A DNA stretch of 32,000 nucleotides from an uncultured archaeon (lineage in GTDB: Archaea > Iainarchaeota > Iainarchaeia > Iainarchaeales > CSSED10-239), in assembly GCA_964496765.1 (NCBI GenBank), contig CAZCAP010000003.1, positions 1 through 32,000 on the forward strand, read 5' to 3'. Positions 17,713 through 26,630 of this stretch are shown one piece after another. Each line of letters starts with the position of its first letter. Position 1 is the first letter of the stretch. Under the pieces are notes generated by a model. It worked only from the letters and a program-made list of their open reading frames with translations. It did no database searches and was not told the origin of the DNA. The position numbers and the translations under genes are program-made.

Positions 17713-18300
17713 CTACTTTCCTTTTTCTAATTTTTCTATTTGTCTTTCAACATCAAGCCAGGATCTTGCAATGATTATATTTTTGTCTTTGTACTCATTT
17801 TTTTTAACAGTAAGATATTGAGTGAACCAAATTCCTCCGGTTCCTACTTCCCTGCAGTCCATTAGGTTTGTAAGTGAATCATCTATCATTAGATCAATCC
17901 CATGTTTTGTGCAAATGATTGATTTTTTAACAGGTTCATCTTTGTGGGATCTATTAACTAGGTGTATGTCTTTAAAAAAATTAGGAAAATATTTGTTAAT
18001 CCACATCATTGTTGGATTCATAAGATGAGCTGATCTTGCGGATATTAAATATAGTTCGTGTTTTTTAGATAGGCGTTCAAGAACATTTATTGAATCAGTT
18101 AGCGGAATCATGTTATTATGTTTTTCCGTGTTACAAAAATCATCCCATGCCCCAAAAAATTCGTCCTTTGACATTCCAAGCTGATCAATTTCATCATTAT
18201 ATAATTTATCAAGATTTTTATTATGTTTCTCATTAAGGTATTTTCTAAACCAGATTATAGATGGCGCTAGAACATCATCAAAATCAATTCCAATTCTCAT
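17713..18300 (-). CDS. HAD-superfamily 5'(3')-deoxyribonucleotidase-like phosphatase (NT5C type)
   Basis: N-terminal MRIGIDFDDVLA (DxDxV HAD motif I), a later DLMIDDS acidic motif, and size and layout like NT5C-family enzymes. An A/T TATA-like element lies about 25-34 nt upstream of the ATG, suggesting a leaderless transcript. Confidence 0.65.
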   Translation of the reverse strand: MRIGIDFDDVLAPSIIWFRKYLNEKHNKNLDKLYNDEIDQLGMSKDEFFGAWDDFCNTEKHNNMIPLTDSINVLERLSKKHELYLISARSAHLMNPTMMWINKYFPNFFKDIHLVNRSHKDEPVKKSIICTKHGIDLMIDDSLTNLMDCREVGTGGIWFTQYLTVKKNEYKDKNIIIARSWLDVERQIEKLEKGK

Positions 18301-18334
18301 ATAATCATCAATTTAAATTTATTCAAAATATTTA

Positions 18335-18407
18335 TAGCCCGAAGGAGATTCGAACTCCTGTCATGAGATTCAGAGTCTCATATGCTTGGCCACTACACTA
18401 TCGGGCT
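18335..18407 (-). tRNA. tRNA-Gln (anticodon CUG), no encoded CCA
   Basis: Reverse complement AGCCCGA-UA-GUGU-AGUGGCCAA-GCAU-A-UGAGA-CUCUGAA-UCUCA-UGAC-AGGAG-UUCGAAU-CUCCU-UCGGGCU-A folds as a cloverleaf: 7-bp acceptor with A1-U72, U8, U33, A37, G53-C61 and a TTCGAAT T-loop. The scaffold resembles archaeal tRNA-Gln (AGCCCG..GUGUAGUGGCC). Confidence 0.9.
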
Positions 18408-18414
18408 TTTTGTT

Positions 18415-18675
18415 TTATTTTTTGTATTTAATCCAAATCTTTTTAATTGGATTAAGAGTGAGAGTAGACAAAACAAATGCTAATGATGGAATAATTGCAT
18501 TAAGAAAGGGACTTGGGAGCCCAATAACAATAAACACAATTACTACAACAATATATGTTAATAGAAGGATAACCACTTTTCTAGTTAAACTTGTTTCCCA
18601 TGCCTTGTCAAGCTCAACTCTTATATTTCTTTTCTTAATATTTAAAATTTCGTTTTCAATTTTTTTTGTTTGCAT
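18415..18675 (-). CDS. Small two-span membrane protein, function unknown
   Basis: 86 aa with an amphipathic N-terminus (RVELDKAWETSLTRK) followed by two hydrophobic spans. Its ATG (18673-18675) directly abuts the trpS TAG (18676-18678). Confidence 0.55.
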   Translation of the reverse strand: MQTKKIENEILNIKKRNIRVELDKAWETSLTRKVVILLLTYIVVVIVFIVIGLPSPFLNAIIPSLAFVLSTLTLNPIKKIWIKYKK

Positions 18676-19830
18676 CTATTTGTTCCACATTTCTTTTGCT
18701 AGAGCACCAGTGTACATGTATTTTTCAATAAGTGGTTTGTTTTTAATCTTATTTTTTCTATGATTCTCAAGAAATAAATTTAGTTTTTCAATTAAATAAA
18801 TTTTAATTTCTCCACTTGTTATTTTTCCTGCCTTATAGTCTCTATATATTTCTTTAATCTTACTATCATCTTCTTCAAACAATACTTCTAACCAATTATA
18901 AACCACACAGATTTCTGGAATTCCTCCAAGCTTTCTGTGTTCCTCAAGAGTTGGTCTCCCTCCAGTGAAGGTGTATTTTTTAATCTTGTTTTCAATGGTT
19001 TTTGTATCATCCGTTAAATATATTGCTGAATTGTTATCTGATGATGACATTTTACCTTCCATTCCCTGAAGTGGAGATAATAGTTTATTGTGAACAGCAC
19101 ATGTTTTTTTGTATCCAAGTGATTCTGCTCTATCTCTCTGAACCCTCCAATAGGGATCTTGATCAATTCCTGCAGGAATTAAACAAAATTTATTTTTTTC
19201 AAAAGTAGTTGCTGCAATTTGAACAAATGGATAAAATGTATGTCCTAGGTTTGTTTCTCCAACAAACCCAAAAACAGCTTTTCCTGTTGAGAGTGTTGTT
19301 TTTTTTGCAAACTCCAGTGCCACAGGATACATTTGTTTTATGTATTCTAGATTTTTAAAAATGAATGTTTTATCTGGATTAAATCCAAGAGCTGCAATTT
19401 CTTCAATATCCTTGTCAGCCTGTGTTTTTACTTCCTCAATTGTTAAATCTTTTTTAACAACGAACTTTTCATCATCTGAAAGCATGATATAAACATTACA
19501 ATCAAATTCATCCTGGAACCATTTGGTTGTAATAAATGAAATTAAATGGCCAATGTGCATATTACCTGAAGGGCCTCGTCCAGTGTAAACATAAAAATTA
19601 TTTTTATCTATGTTTGGTAAAATCTTATCCAGATCTCTATGGGAATAAATAAACTCACGTCTAAAGAATTGATGTAATTTTTTAGACTTTGTTTTTAATC
19701 TAAGTCTTTCCCTAAGGTCATCTGTAAGCTCATTTGTTCCAAAGTCTTTAATTAATTTATTATAATCAATGGAACCAGTAACCTCCCATGGATTAACATT
19801 AAATTCATTTGAATCTTTATCTTCGCTCAT
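18676..19830 (-). CDS. trpS: Tryptophan--tRNA ligase (archaeal/eukaryotic type)
   Basis: VNPWEVTGSIDYNKLIKDFG N-terminal signature, HIGH-type GNMHIGHL, and KMSKS-type GKMSSS. Confidence 0.9.
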   Translation of the reverse strand: MSEDKDSNEFNVNPWEVTGSIDYNKLIKDFGTNELTDDLRERLRLKTKSKKLHQFFRREFIYSHRDLDKILPNIDKNNFYVYTGRGPSGNMHIGHLISFITTKWFQDEFDCNVYIMLSDDEKFVVKKDLTIEEVKTQADKDIEEIAALGFNPDKTFIFKNLEYIKQMYPVALEFAKKTTLSTGKAVFGFVGETNLGHTFYPFVQIAATTFEKNKFCLIPAGIDQDPYWRVQRDRAESLGYKKTCAVHNKLLSPLQGMEGKMSSSDNNSAIYLTDDTKTIENKIKKYTFTGGRPTLEEHRKLGGIPEICVVYNWLEVLFEEDDSKIKEIYRDYKAGKITSGEIKIYLIEKLNLFLENHRKNKIKNKPLIEKYMYTGALAKEMWNK

Positions 19831-19906
19831 AATAATATATTATATGTAAAAGCATTATAAACCTTTTGAACCATATATATTAAGAAAAAATAAGGTGTAA
19901 ATTATA

Positions 19907-21130
19907 ATGGACTTTAAAAAATTAAGATTAGATTTTCCTGTTTTAAATAATAAAAAAGAAAAAATAATTTATTTGGATAATGCAGCATCTTCTCTAAAGC
20001 CAAGGCAAGTAATAGATGCAATGGATTCCTATTACAATGAATGTCCAGTTAATATTCATAGGGGAATACATAGGCTATCAATGAGAGCATCAGTTATTTA
20101 TGAAGAAACAATAGATACTACTGCAAAATTTTTCAATTGTAAACGAGAAGAAGTAATATTTACAAATAATTCCACTGATTCAATTAACATGATTTCCCAA
20201 TCTCTACTTTTATCTAATTATTTTAAGAAGGGTGATGAGATTCTTCTTACAGTTATGGAACATCATGCAAACCTAGTTCCTTGGCAAATTGTTTCTCAAA
20301 GATTAGGGCTTAAGCTTAAATTTATTGAAATTAAAAAAGACTTTACTCTTGACTATGATGATTTTAAAAAAAAGTTATCTAAAAAAACTAAATTAGTTGC
20401 AGTAGCTCATATTTCAAACACAATTGCAACCAAAAACAATATAAATTTAATAATTAAGGAAGCACACAAATTTGGTGCTTTTGTTCTAGTGGATGGTTCT
20501 CAGAGTGCACCCCATGAAAAAACAGACTTTAGAAAGATAAATGCTGATTTCTTTGTGTGCACCATGCATAAAATGCTAGGCCCAACAGGAATTGGCATTT
20601 TGCTTGCTAAAGAGCAACTTCTTAGGAAGTTATCACCTAGCAGATTTGGAGGAGACATGGTTTCAAAGGTAACCTTTCAAAAAAGTGAATGGAATACCCT
20701 TCCCTATAAGTTCATGTCAGGAACCCCAAATATCTCTGGAATTTTTGGAACAAAAGCAGCTTTTGAGTATCTAACAAGAGTAGGAATGGATAATATTGAA
20801 AAACATGATAAAGAGCTTCTTTCCTATGCTCTAAAAAGAATAAAGGAAATAGATAATCTAACTTTATATAACCCAGGGAACCCAGATAACCAGGGATCAA
20901 TTCTTTTATTTTCTCTTAAAGGAATAGCCTGCACTGATCTTTCAGCTCTCCTAGACGATATGTCAGGGATTGCAACAAGAGCAGGAATGCATTGTGCTGA
21001 ACCAATTGTATCTAGATTTAGTAAAGAAGGGTTAACAAGAGCTTCTTTCTATTTTTATAATACAAAAGAAGAGGTAGATAAGTTTATTGATTCACTAAAG
21101 AAGATAGATAAGATAGTTAATAAGCACTAA
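19907..21130 (+). CDS. sufS: Cysteine desulfurase, SufS/CsdA-like (class V aminotransferase)
   Basis: PLP-lysine context CTMHKMLGPTGIG and active-site Cys loop ATRAGMHCAEP. AAGGTG RBS upstream. Confidence 0.85.
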   Translation: MDFKKLRLDFPVLNNKKEKIIYLDNAASSLKPRQVIDAMDSYYNECPVNIHRGIHRLSMRASVIYEETIDTTAKFFNCKREEVIFTNNSTDSINMISQSLLLSNYFKKGDEILLTVMEHHANLVPWQIVSQRLGLKLKFIEIKKDFTLDYDDFKKKLSKKTKLVAVAHISNTIATKNNINLIIKEAHKFGAFVLVDGSQSAPHEKTDFRKINADFFVCTMHKMLGPTGIGILLAKEQLLRKLSPSRFGGDMVSKVTFQKSEWNTLPYKFMSGTPNISGIFGTKAAFEYLTRVGMDNIEKHDKELLSYALKRIKEIDNLTLYNPGNPDNQGSILLFSLKGIACTDLSALLDDMSGIATRAGMHCAEPIVSRFSKEGLTRASFYFYNTKEEVDKFIDSLKKIDKIVNKH

Positions 21131-21181
21131 TTCTTTGTGTTTTTATGTATTTTTCTTTAGTTTCATAGGTTGTATTTATCC

Positions 21182-21234
21182 TTAAATATATTTATAAATA
21201 TATTTAAGTATATATCTATATATAATATATATAG
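21182..21234. promoter_or_regulatory. Two perfect A/T palindromes in the top6B upstream region
   Basis: TTAAATATATTTATAAATATATTTAA (21182-21207, 26 bp, all 13 pairs checked) and CTATATATAATATATATAG (21216-21234, 19 bp). They lie 41-93 nt upstream of ATG 21275 and contain TATA-box-like sequence. Confidence 0.5.
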
Positions 21235-21274
21235 AAGACAACTAAATATTTCTATTTATAAAACGTGATTATAC

Positions 21275-23029
21275 ATGGTTGAACAGGATAAAAAAGAAGA
21301 AACTAAGGTTAAAAATAATAATAAAGTTGGAATTGATGCAGATGTTCTTTTTACAGAATTTAAAGAACATTCGGTTGCTGATTTTTTTAAAAAAAATAGA
21401 CAAATGCTTGGACTTTATGGTAAGCAGAGAACATTAACAACAATAGTTCATGAGCTTGTTACAAACTCTCTTGATGCCTGTGAAGAAGCTGGTATTCTTC
21501 CAGATATTGAAGTTAAGATATCAGCGATAGGAGATGAGTACTATGAAATTGGTGTTATTGATAATGGTCCAGGAATACCTGAAGAAAAAATAGGTTCTGC
21601 GCTAGGTAAATTATTAGCAGGAACAAAGTTTCATAGGCTTGTTCAAACAAGAGGTCAACAGGGAATTGGAGTTTCTGGAATAATTTTATTTTCACAAATA
21701 ACAACTGGTAAACCTAGTAAAGTAATTTCTGGAACCAATACAGGTAGAACCATTTCTCTTGAGATTTCAATTGATTCAAAAACAAATTCTCCAAAAATAA
21801 CTGATAAGCATTATTTAGAAAAAAAATTTAGAGGACTTGCAATCAGATCTAAATTTAAAGAAATACAATATAAGAAAGGACAAAATTCTGTTGATGAATA
21901 TTTAAGAAGAACAGCAATTTCAAACCCCCATGCAACAATTAAGTTTGAAGATCCATTCCAAGAAGTTACCGAGTATGTGAGAACAGTAAAGGTATTACCA
22001 AAGATACCAACTCAGGTTAAGCCTCACCCAAGAGGAGTCACTGTTGATGAAATGGTGTCTCTTGCAAGATATACACAGGCAAGAAAAATATCATCCTATC
22101 TTATGCAAACATTTGATAGGTTTGGACAAACAGCAGTTGATCATATTGAAAAACTAGTACACTTTGATTTAAATAAGGATCCAAAAAAATTAACCTGGGA
22201 AGAAGCAGAAGAAATTGTTCATGCAATTAAGGAAACTAAGTTTATTGCACCAAATACAGATAACCTAGTTCCAATTGGTGAATCATTTATTGAAAAATCT
22301 TTAAAATCAATTGTTAATCCTGAATTTTGTTTTGTTTACACAAGAAAGCCATCTGTTTATAAGGGTGGATATGCATTCCAGGTGGAAGTTGGTTTAGCCT
22401 ATGGAGGAAATGCAGGAAGATTAATTTCTGTAGAGGTTCCTGAAAAAGTAAAAAATAAAAAACCAAAAAAAGATAAAAATGGAAAAATAATAATTGAGGA
22501 AGAAGAAAAACCAAGAGAAATTAGATCCTCAGAAGTTATTAGGTATGCTAATAAGGCTCCTCTTTTATTTGATGCTGGAGGATGTGCAATCACAAAAACC
22601 GTTGCAGCAATAGATTGGAGAAGATACGGGATTCAAAATTTTGATAACAGTCCAGTAACTGTTTTTGTTAATCTAATTTCTGTTCACATTCCCTATACCT
22701 CAGCTGGTAAATCTGCAATTGCAGATGAAGACGAAATATTAACAGAAACAAAGCTTGCTCTCCAGGATGTTGCAAGAAGATTAGGAACATACATTATTCA
22801 AAAGAAGAGAGAGGAAGATAAAAAAGAAAAAAGAAAAGTATTTGCAAAGTATGCTCCAGAGGTTGTGAAGGCATTGGTTCACACAACAGGTGCAGATGCG
22901 AAAACACTTCAAAAAAATTTAGATAGAATGGTTCTAGAAAAATTAAAGATGGATGATGAAGCTGAAGCTAGAGGAGACAAAATCCAAGATGATTACAGTG
23001 AGGATACTTCCGCAAGTGATGATGAATAA
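21275..23029 (+). CDS. top6B: DNA topoisomerase VI subunit B
   Basis: GHKL ATPase motifs ELVTNSLDA, DNGPGIP and GQQGIGVSG, a transducer region with RYANKAPLLFDAGGCAITK, and an acidic C-terminal tail. Confidence 0.95.
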   Translation: MVEQDKKEETKVKNNNKVGIDADVLFTEFKEHSVADFFKKNRQMLGLYGKQRTLTTIVHELVTNSLDACEEAGILPDIEVKISAIGDEYYEIGVIDNGPGIPEEKIGSALGKLLAGTKFHRLVQTRGQQGIGVSGIILFSQITTGKPSKVISGTNTGRTISLEISIDSKTNSPKITDKHYLEKKFRGLAIRSKFKEIQYKKGQNSVDEYLRRTAISNPHATIKFEDPFQEVTEYVRTVKVLPKIPTQVKPHPRGVTVDEMVSLARYTQARKISSYLMQTFDRFGQTAVDHIEKLVHFDLNKDPKKLTWEEAEEIVHAIKETKFIAPNTDNLVPIGESFIEKSLKSIVNPEFCFVYTRKPSVYKGGYAFQVEVGLAYGGNAGRLISVEVPEKVKNKKPKKDKNGKIIIEEEEKPREIRSSEVIRYANKAPLLFDAGGCAITKTVAAIDWRRYGIQNFDNSPVTVFVNLISVHIPYTSAGKSAIADEDEILTETKLALQDVARRLGTYIIQKKREEDKKEKRKVFAKYAPEVVKALVHTTGADAKTLQKNLDRMVLEKLKMDDEAEARGDKIQDDYSEDTSASDDE

Positions 23030-23049
23030 ATAATTATTGGTTGATTAAT

Positions 23050-24213
23050 ATGGTTGATAAAAAAGAAAAAAAAAGCGAAGCAAAGACTTCAAAGCAGAAA
23101 CTTGAACAGTATGAGGTTGAAACAAGCAAAGATATTGCTGATCGTTTGTATAACATAGCAACAAACATTGTTCACCAAATAGAACACAACCACTCTCCTA
23201 CTTTTTCAACAAGAGTTAGAGGTTTATCAAATGTTTATTTTGATGAAAAGGAAGGATACATCCAACTTGGTGATAAAACAGTAACTCGTCCATTCCTTAA
23301 TCTTGGTGCTGCTAGAAAGTTCATGCAAACAATGATTGTTAATGATAAGTGCTGTGAATACCTTAAACATGATAAAACTGCATCCATAAGAGAAATTTAT
23401 TATGAATTAAAACACACTGTTGAAAACACAAAAGAAAATACATTTGATGCACAGGAAGAATCAAACGATGTTATTGTTGATTTAGAACATTCAGTTTCCA
23501 CAATCAGAGAAAAATTAGGACTTCATGCTGAACCTCGTGGATCACTCTATGGGGACATAACTTTAAGAGATTTAAAACATAACAACGATGTTTTTAATTG
23601 TAATTCACTTGGACGTGGTGGATGGTCAATCATGTCAAGAATAGAACCTGAAGAGATTGAGATTGTAGATGTTAATGCAGAAATGGTTTTAGTGATTGAG
23701 ACTGCTGCAATGTACAATAGATTAATTGAAGAAAGATATGCTCATAAGCACAAAGCAATTCTTGTTGGAACAAGCGGTCAAGCAGCAAGAGGAACAAGAA
23801 GATTAGTGCATAGACTTCATTATGAGTATAAGTTACCGGTTGTTGTTTTCACTGATGGAGATCCCTATGGATGGTACATCTATTCAGTTCTTAAGAGTGG
23901 ATCAATGGCTCTTGCAGCTCATTCTAAGTACCTAGCTGTTCCTGATGCAAAATATGTTGGAATGACTCTGACAGATGTTGAAACCTATGGCCTTCAGAAC
24001 GTAACTGAAAGAATGAAGGATGGGGATGTTAAGAGAGCAAAAGAGATGCTTGAATATCAATGGTTTAAATCTAAAGAATGGCAGGAACAATTAAAAATTG
24101 CAATTGATAAAAAAATAAGAATAGAACAACAGGCGCTTGCAAACAAATCACTTGATTTTGTTGCAAAGAAGTATCTTCCTGAAAAAATAGAAAATGAGAT
24201 ATTCTTAGATTAA
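23050..24213 (+). CDS. top6A: DNA topoisomerase VI subunit A (Spo11 homologue)
   Basis: Catalytic-Tyr region SIREIYYELK, plus Toprim VLVIETAAMYNRL (Glu) and FTDGDPYGWYI (DxD). The ORF opens at TTG 23041; ATG 23050 is preferred because GGTTGAT sits 4 nt upstream. Confidence 0.95.
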   Translation: MVDKKEKKSEAKTSKQKLEQYEVETSKDIADRLYNIATNIVHQIEHNHSPTFSTRVRGLSNVYFDEKEGYIQLGDKTVTRPFLNLGAARKFMQTMIVNDKCCEYLKHDKTASIREIYYELKHTVENTKENTFDAQEESNDVIVDLEHSVSTIREKLGLHAEPRGSLYGDITLRDLKHNNDVFNCNSLGRGGWSIMSRIEPEEIEIVDVNAEMVLVIETAAMYNRLIEERYAHKHKAILVGTSGQAARGTRRLVHRLHYEYKLPVVVFTDGDPYGWYIYSVLKSGSMALAAHSKYLAVPDAKYVGMTLTDVETYGLQNVTERMKDGDVKRAKEMLEYQWFKSKEWQEQLKIAIDKKIRIEQQALANKSLDFVAKKYLPEKIENEIFLD

Positions 24214-24230
24214 AACACTAGGAATATATT

Positions 24231-24791
24231 TCATTTAAAATAATCATTTCTATCTGCTTGTCTTGATTTCGCTTTTAGTATTTCTTGTTTTACTGCTTCA
24301 AGATATTTAACCATAAATTGTAGATTGTGTGTGCTTTTTTTTGCAAGATTATTTAATACGTTATCTATGACAGTTATCATATTAGTTGTATATTCTTTTT
24401 CTATCTTTTGAAAATAGGATGCATTGTGTACTTTTGCATCAATTATTAAATAATTTATTTCTTTATTAAGTTGTTTAATTTGTTTAATGTGAGTCCCTTT
24501 AAATCTATAATCATTAATTTTAGCCCCCAGTTCATCTATTAGTCTTTTTATAATTTCTTCCTTTTTTCCAAGATTTGGTTTCACAATTTCTCTTGCAAGC
24601 ACATAGCGAGTTTTGATATCTTCTAAATGTTTTCTTACTCCAATTTTTCCAGTAATTTTACTTCGCAAATCATTTTTTATATTACGTTTTGCTATGTTTG
24701 ATGATTTTTTAAAATTTGCATGTTCTGCTTGTAATCTATCAAGTAATGGTTTTTTTGGTTTATATATTGGTTTTCCAGGCATAATTTTCAT
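24231..24791 (-). CDS. Hypothetical basic, predicted all-helical protein
   Basis: The ORF has AGGAG (complement of 24792-24796) immediately upstream. That spacing favours the second ATG (24780-24782, MPGKPIYK...). No motif recognised. Confidence 0.5.
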   Translation of the reverse strand: MKIMPGKPIYKPKKPLLDRLQAEHANFKKSSNIAKRNIKNDLRSKITGKIGVRKHLEDIKTRYVLAREIVKPNLGKKEEIIKRLIDELGAKINDYRFKGTHIKQIKQLNKEINYLIIDAKVHNASYFQKIEKEYTTNMITVIDNVLNNLAKKSTHNLQFMVKYLEAVKQEILKAKSRQADRNDYFK

Positions 24792-24845
24792 CTCCTATCT
24801 TAAATGTAATAAATATATTACAATTAATTAAGCTTATAAAGCTAA

Positions 24846-25829
24846 TTATTTTAATCTTGAATACAATCTTTCTATTTTATATTTTGCTTTTTTTGGTTCC
24901 ATTTTTTGATTGATTTTAATATATGCTTTTCTTAATTGTTTTATTTGCTTGCTTTTTTCAGGATTGGATAAATTACTATCCTTTATTTTTCGTTCAGATC
25001 TTTTAAGAACCGCTCTATTTTCTGTTGTACTATTCTGTTGATTTGCTTTTTCTTTGTAGTTTTTAAATAATCTATTGGGTTCTGCTTTGGTTTTTTCTAA
25101 CTTATTATATAGTTTGTCATTTGCAATTGATTGTAGAGCTACATCCTTACAACCAATATATTTTACGATATAATCTATATTGTTTTTGTCAGCTCCAAAA
25201 ATATTTGTATTATACTTTTTTATTAAATTATATTTTCTATTGAATGTTTTGTTGAAATCATCTGTTGATAACTCCATTAAATCCAGTGTGTGCATTGCCC
25301 CAAACAAAACAATCAAGTTATCTTGTGTTTTAAGATTATTAACTATGTTTTTTGCAATAGATTCATTTCTGAAGTTTGATAGTATAAATGTTTCTTTTTC
25401 TTGTTTGTATTTTTTAATTAAATTGAAATCTTTTTTTTGTTGGGCATCATATATCTTTTTATCTATGTTTATTACTTTCATTTGATAGTAGTTTGTATCT
25501 AATGGACGTATACTAAGACCTCTTTCTCTACAAATGGCTAATAATTGCAGTGCTTCTATTTGACCAGTAGTATATCCTAAACTCTCTGGATATTTTATAT
25601 CAAAATCTTCCATGAATTTTATTGTTTCTGATTTTGCTTCTGGTTTTTTTTTATTGTACACAACCCTATCTGTATATCTATCAAGATACTCTATAACTAT
25701 TGGAGCAAATTCAATTCCAACGGGTGTTCCTTTTTTAAGAGTTTTAAGGTAATCCATTGCTTGTGAATGAGCTCTAAACAGGTTACTATGTATCCAAGGT
25801 ATAAACTCTACTGTCTTATCAGATCCCAT
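24846..25829 (-). CDS. Hypothetical protein with Tiki/TraB/ChaN-like motif pattern and a Lys-rich C-terminal tail
   Basis: Order of motifs: FIPWIHSN (G.xH-like), PVGIEF (acidic E), FRNESIAKNI (like RD..MA..I) and LIVLFGAMHTLD (like vvl.GagH). This resembles the Tiki/ChaN/erythromycin-esterase-like superfamily. The assignment is by eye only. Confidence 0.4.
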   Translation of the reverse strand: MGSDKTVEFIPWIHSNLFRAHSQAMDYLKTLKKGTPVGIEFAPIVIEYLDRYTDRVVYNKKKPEAKSETIKFMEDFDIKYPESLGYTTGQIEALQLLAICRERGLSIRPLDTNYYQMKVINIDKKIYDAQQKKDFNLIKKYKQEKETFILSNFRNESIAKNIVNNLKTQDNLIVLFGAMHTLDLMELSTDDFNKTFNRKYNLIKKYNTNIFGADKNNIDYIVKYIGCKDVALQSIANDKLYNKLEKTKAEPNRLFKNYKEKANQQNSTTENRAVLKRSERKIKDSNLSNPEKSKQIKQLRKAYIKINQKMEPKKAKYKIERLYSRLK

Positions 25830-26016
25830 GTGTAATCAACAAGTATCTTCTTTATGGATACCTTTTTAAATATTTTGACTCAAATAATATATCTTAGACA
25901 TCTTGATTTACAACAATTTATTTATTTTGTTGTTTTTATTAATTCTATTTTTAAATCTTTAGTACTATTATTATATAATTAAATTAATTAGCCTGCGGAG
26001 TTTTAAGTGATTAACT

Positions 26017-26622
26017 ATGGTTCCTGAATTATTATCTTTATTTGTTTTGTTTTTTGTAATCATAGATCCTCTGCAAAGCTTTGCTTTCTTCTTTGTTAGA
26101 ACTAATGGATTAACAAAAAAAGAAAGAATTAATATTGCTCTTTTAGCTACTGGAATAGCAATAGTTATATTGTACGCTTTTCTTTTCTTTGGAAAAGGTG
26201 TGCTTGATTTATTTAATACAAGTATAAATAGTTTTAGGATTGCAGGTGGTGTATTGCTTGTTCTTCTAGGAATTACAATGTGTGGTTATCTGAAAAGCCA
26301 TGATGACCCGGATCCTAAGAATGCAAGAGATGCACACACATCAATAGCAACTGTTATTGCAACTCCACTTCTTTCTGGTCCTGCAGCAATTACTACCACA
26401 ATTATATCAGTTGTTGACCATGGAAGAGTATTAACTGGGCTTGCAATTGGCTTTGTATTAATATTGACCTTTGGATTATTACTTTTGTCAGTTATGTTTA
26501 ATAAAATACTTAATAAAAGTAAGGTTGCAATTAAAGTAGTAACAACAATTTTAGGATTAATTACTCTTGCCTGGGGAGTGGATTTTATTCTTGTGGGTTT
26601 GAAAGTAATGGGCGCTGCATAA
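26017..26622 (+). CDS. MarC-family (UPF0056) integral membrane protein
   Basis: Six-span membrane protein of about 200 aa with an N-terminal FFVIIDPLQSFAFF motif typical of MarC-like proteins. Confidence 0.7.
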   Translation: MVPELLSLFVLFFVIIDPLQSFAFFFVRTNGLTKKERINIALLATGIAIVILYAFLFFGKGVLDLFNTSINSFRIAGGVLLVLLGITMCGYLKSHDDPDPKNARDAHTSIATVIATPLLSGPAAITTTIISVVDHGRVLTGLAIGFVLILTFGLLLLSVMFNKILNKSKVAIKVVTTILGLITLAWGVDFILVGLKVMGAA

Positions 26623-26630
26623 AGTTCCCA

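Noticed and set aside
17703-17719. Short inverted repeat AGTAG-TAT-CTACT spanning the stop codons of two convergent genes, as a possible bidirectional terminator
   Set aside because: The stem is only 5-7 bp and is largely forced by two facing TAG codons. The adjacent T-tract alone could account for termination.
18386-18763. 125-aa plus-strand ORF
   Set aside because: It overlaps the tRNA-Gln gene, the 86-aa ORF and the trpS 3' end on the opposite strand, so it is a shadow ORF.
22433-22534. Lys/Glu-rich segment (EVPEKVKNKKPKKDKNGKIIIEEEEKPREIRSSE) in Top6B, just before the conserved RYANKAPLLFD motif
   Set aside because: It is probably low-complexity expansion typical of AT-rich genomes. Without an alignment I cannot show it is a lineage-specific insertion of functional relevance.
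25854-25982. 42-codon ATG ORF (MDTFLNILTQIIYLRHLDLQQFIYFVVFINSIFKSLVLLLYN) in the spacer upstream of the MarC gene
   Set aside because: It has no RBS and sits in a divergent promoter region. The hydrophobic product is what an A/T-rich frame encodes by default, and it is too short to support without conservation or expression data.
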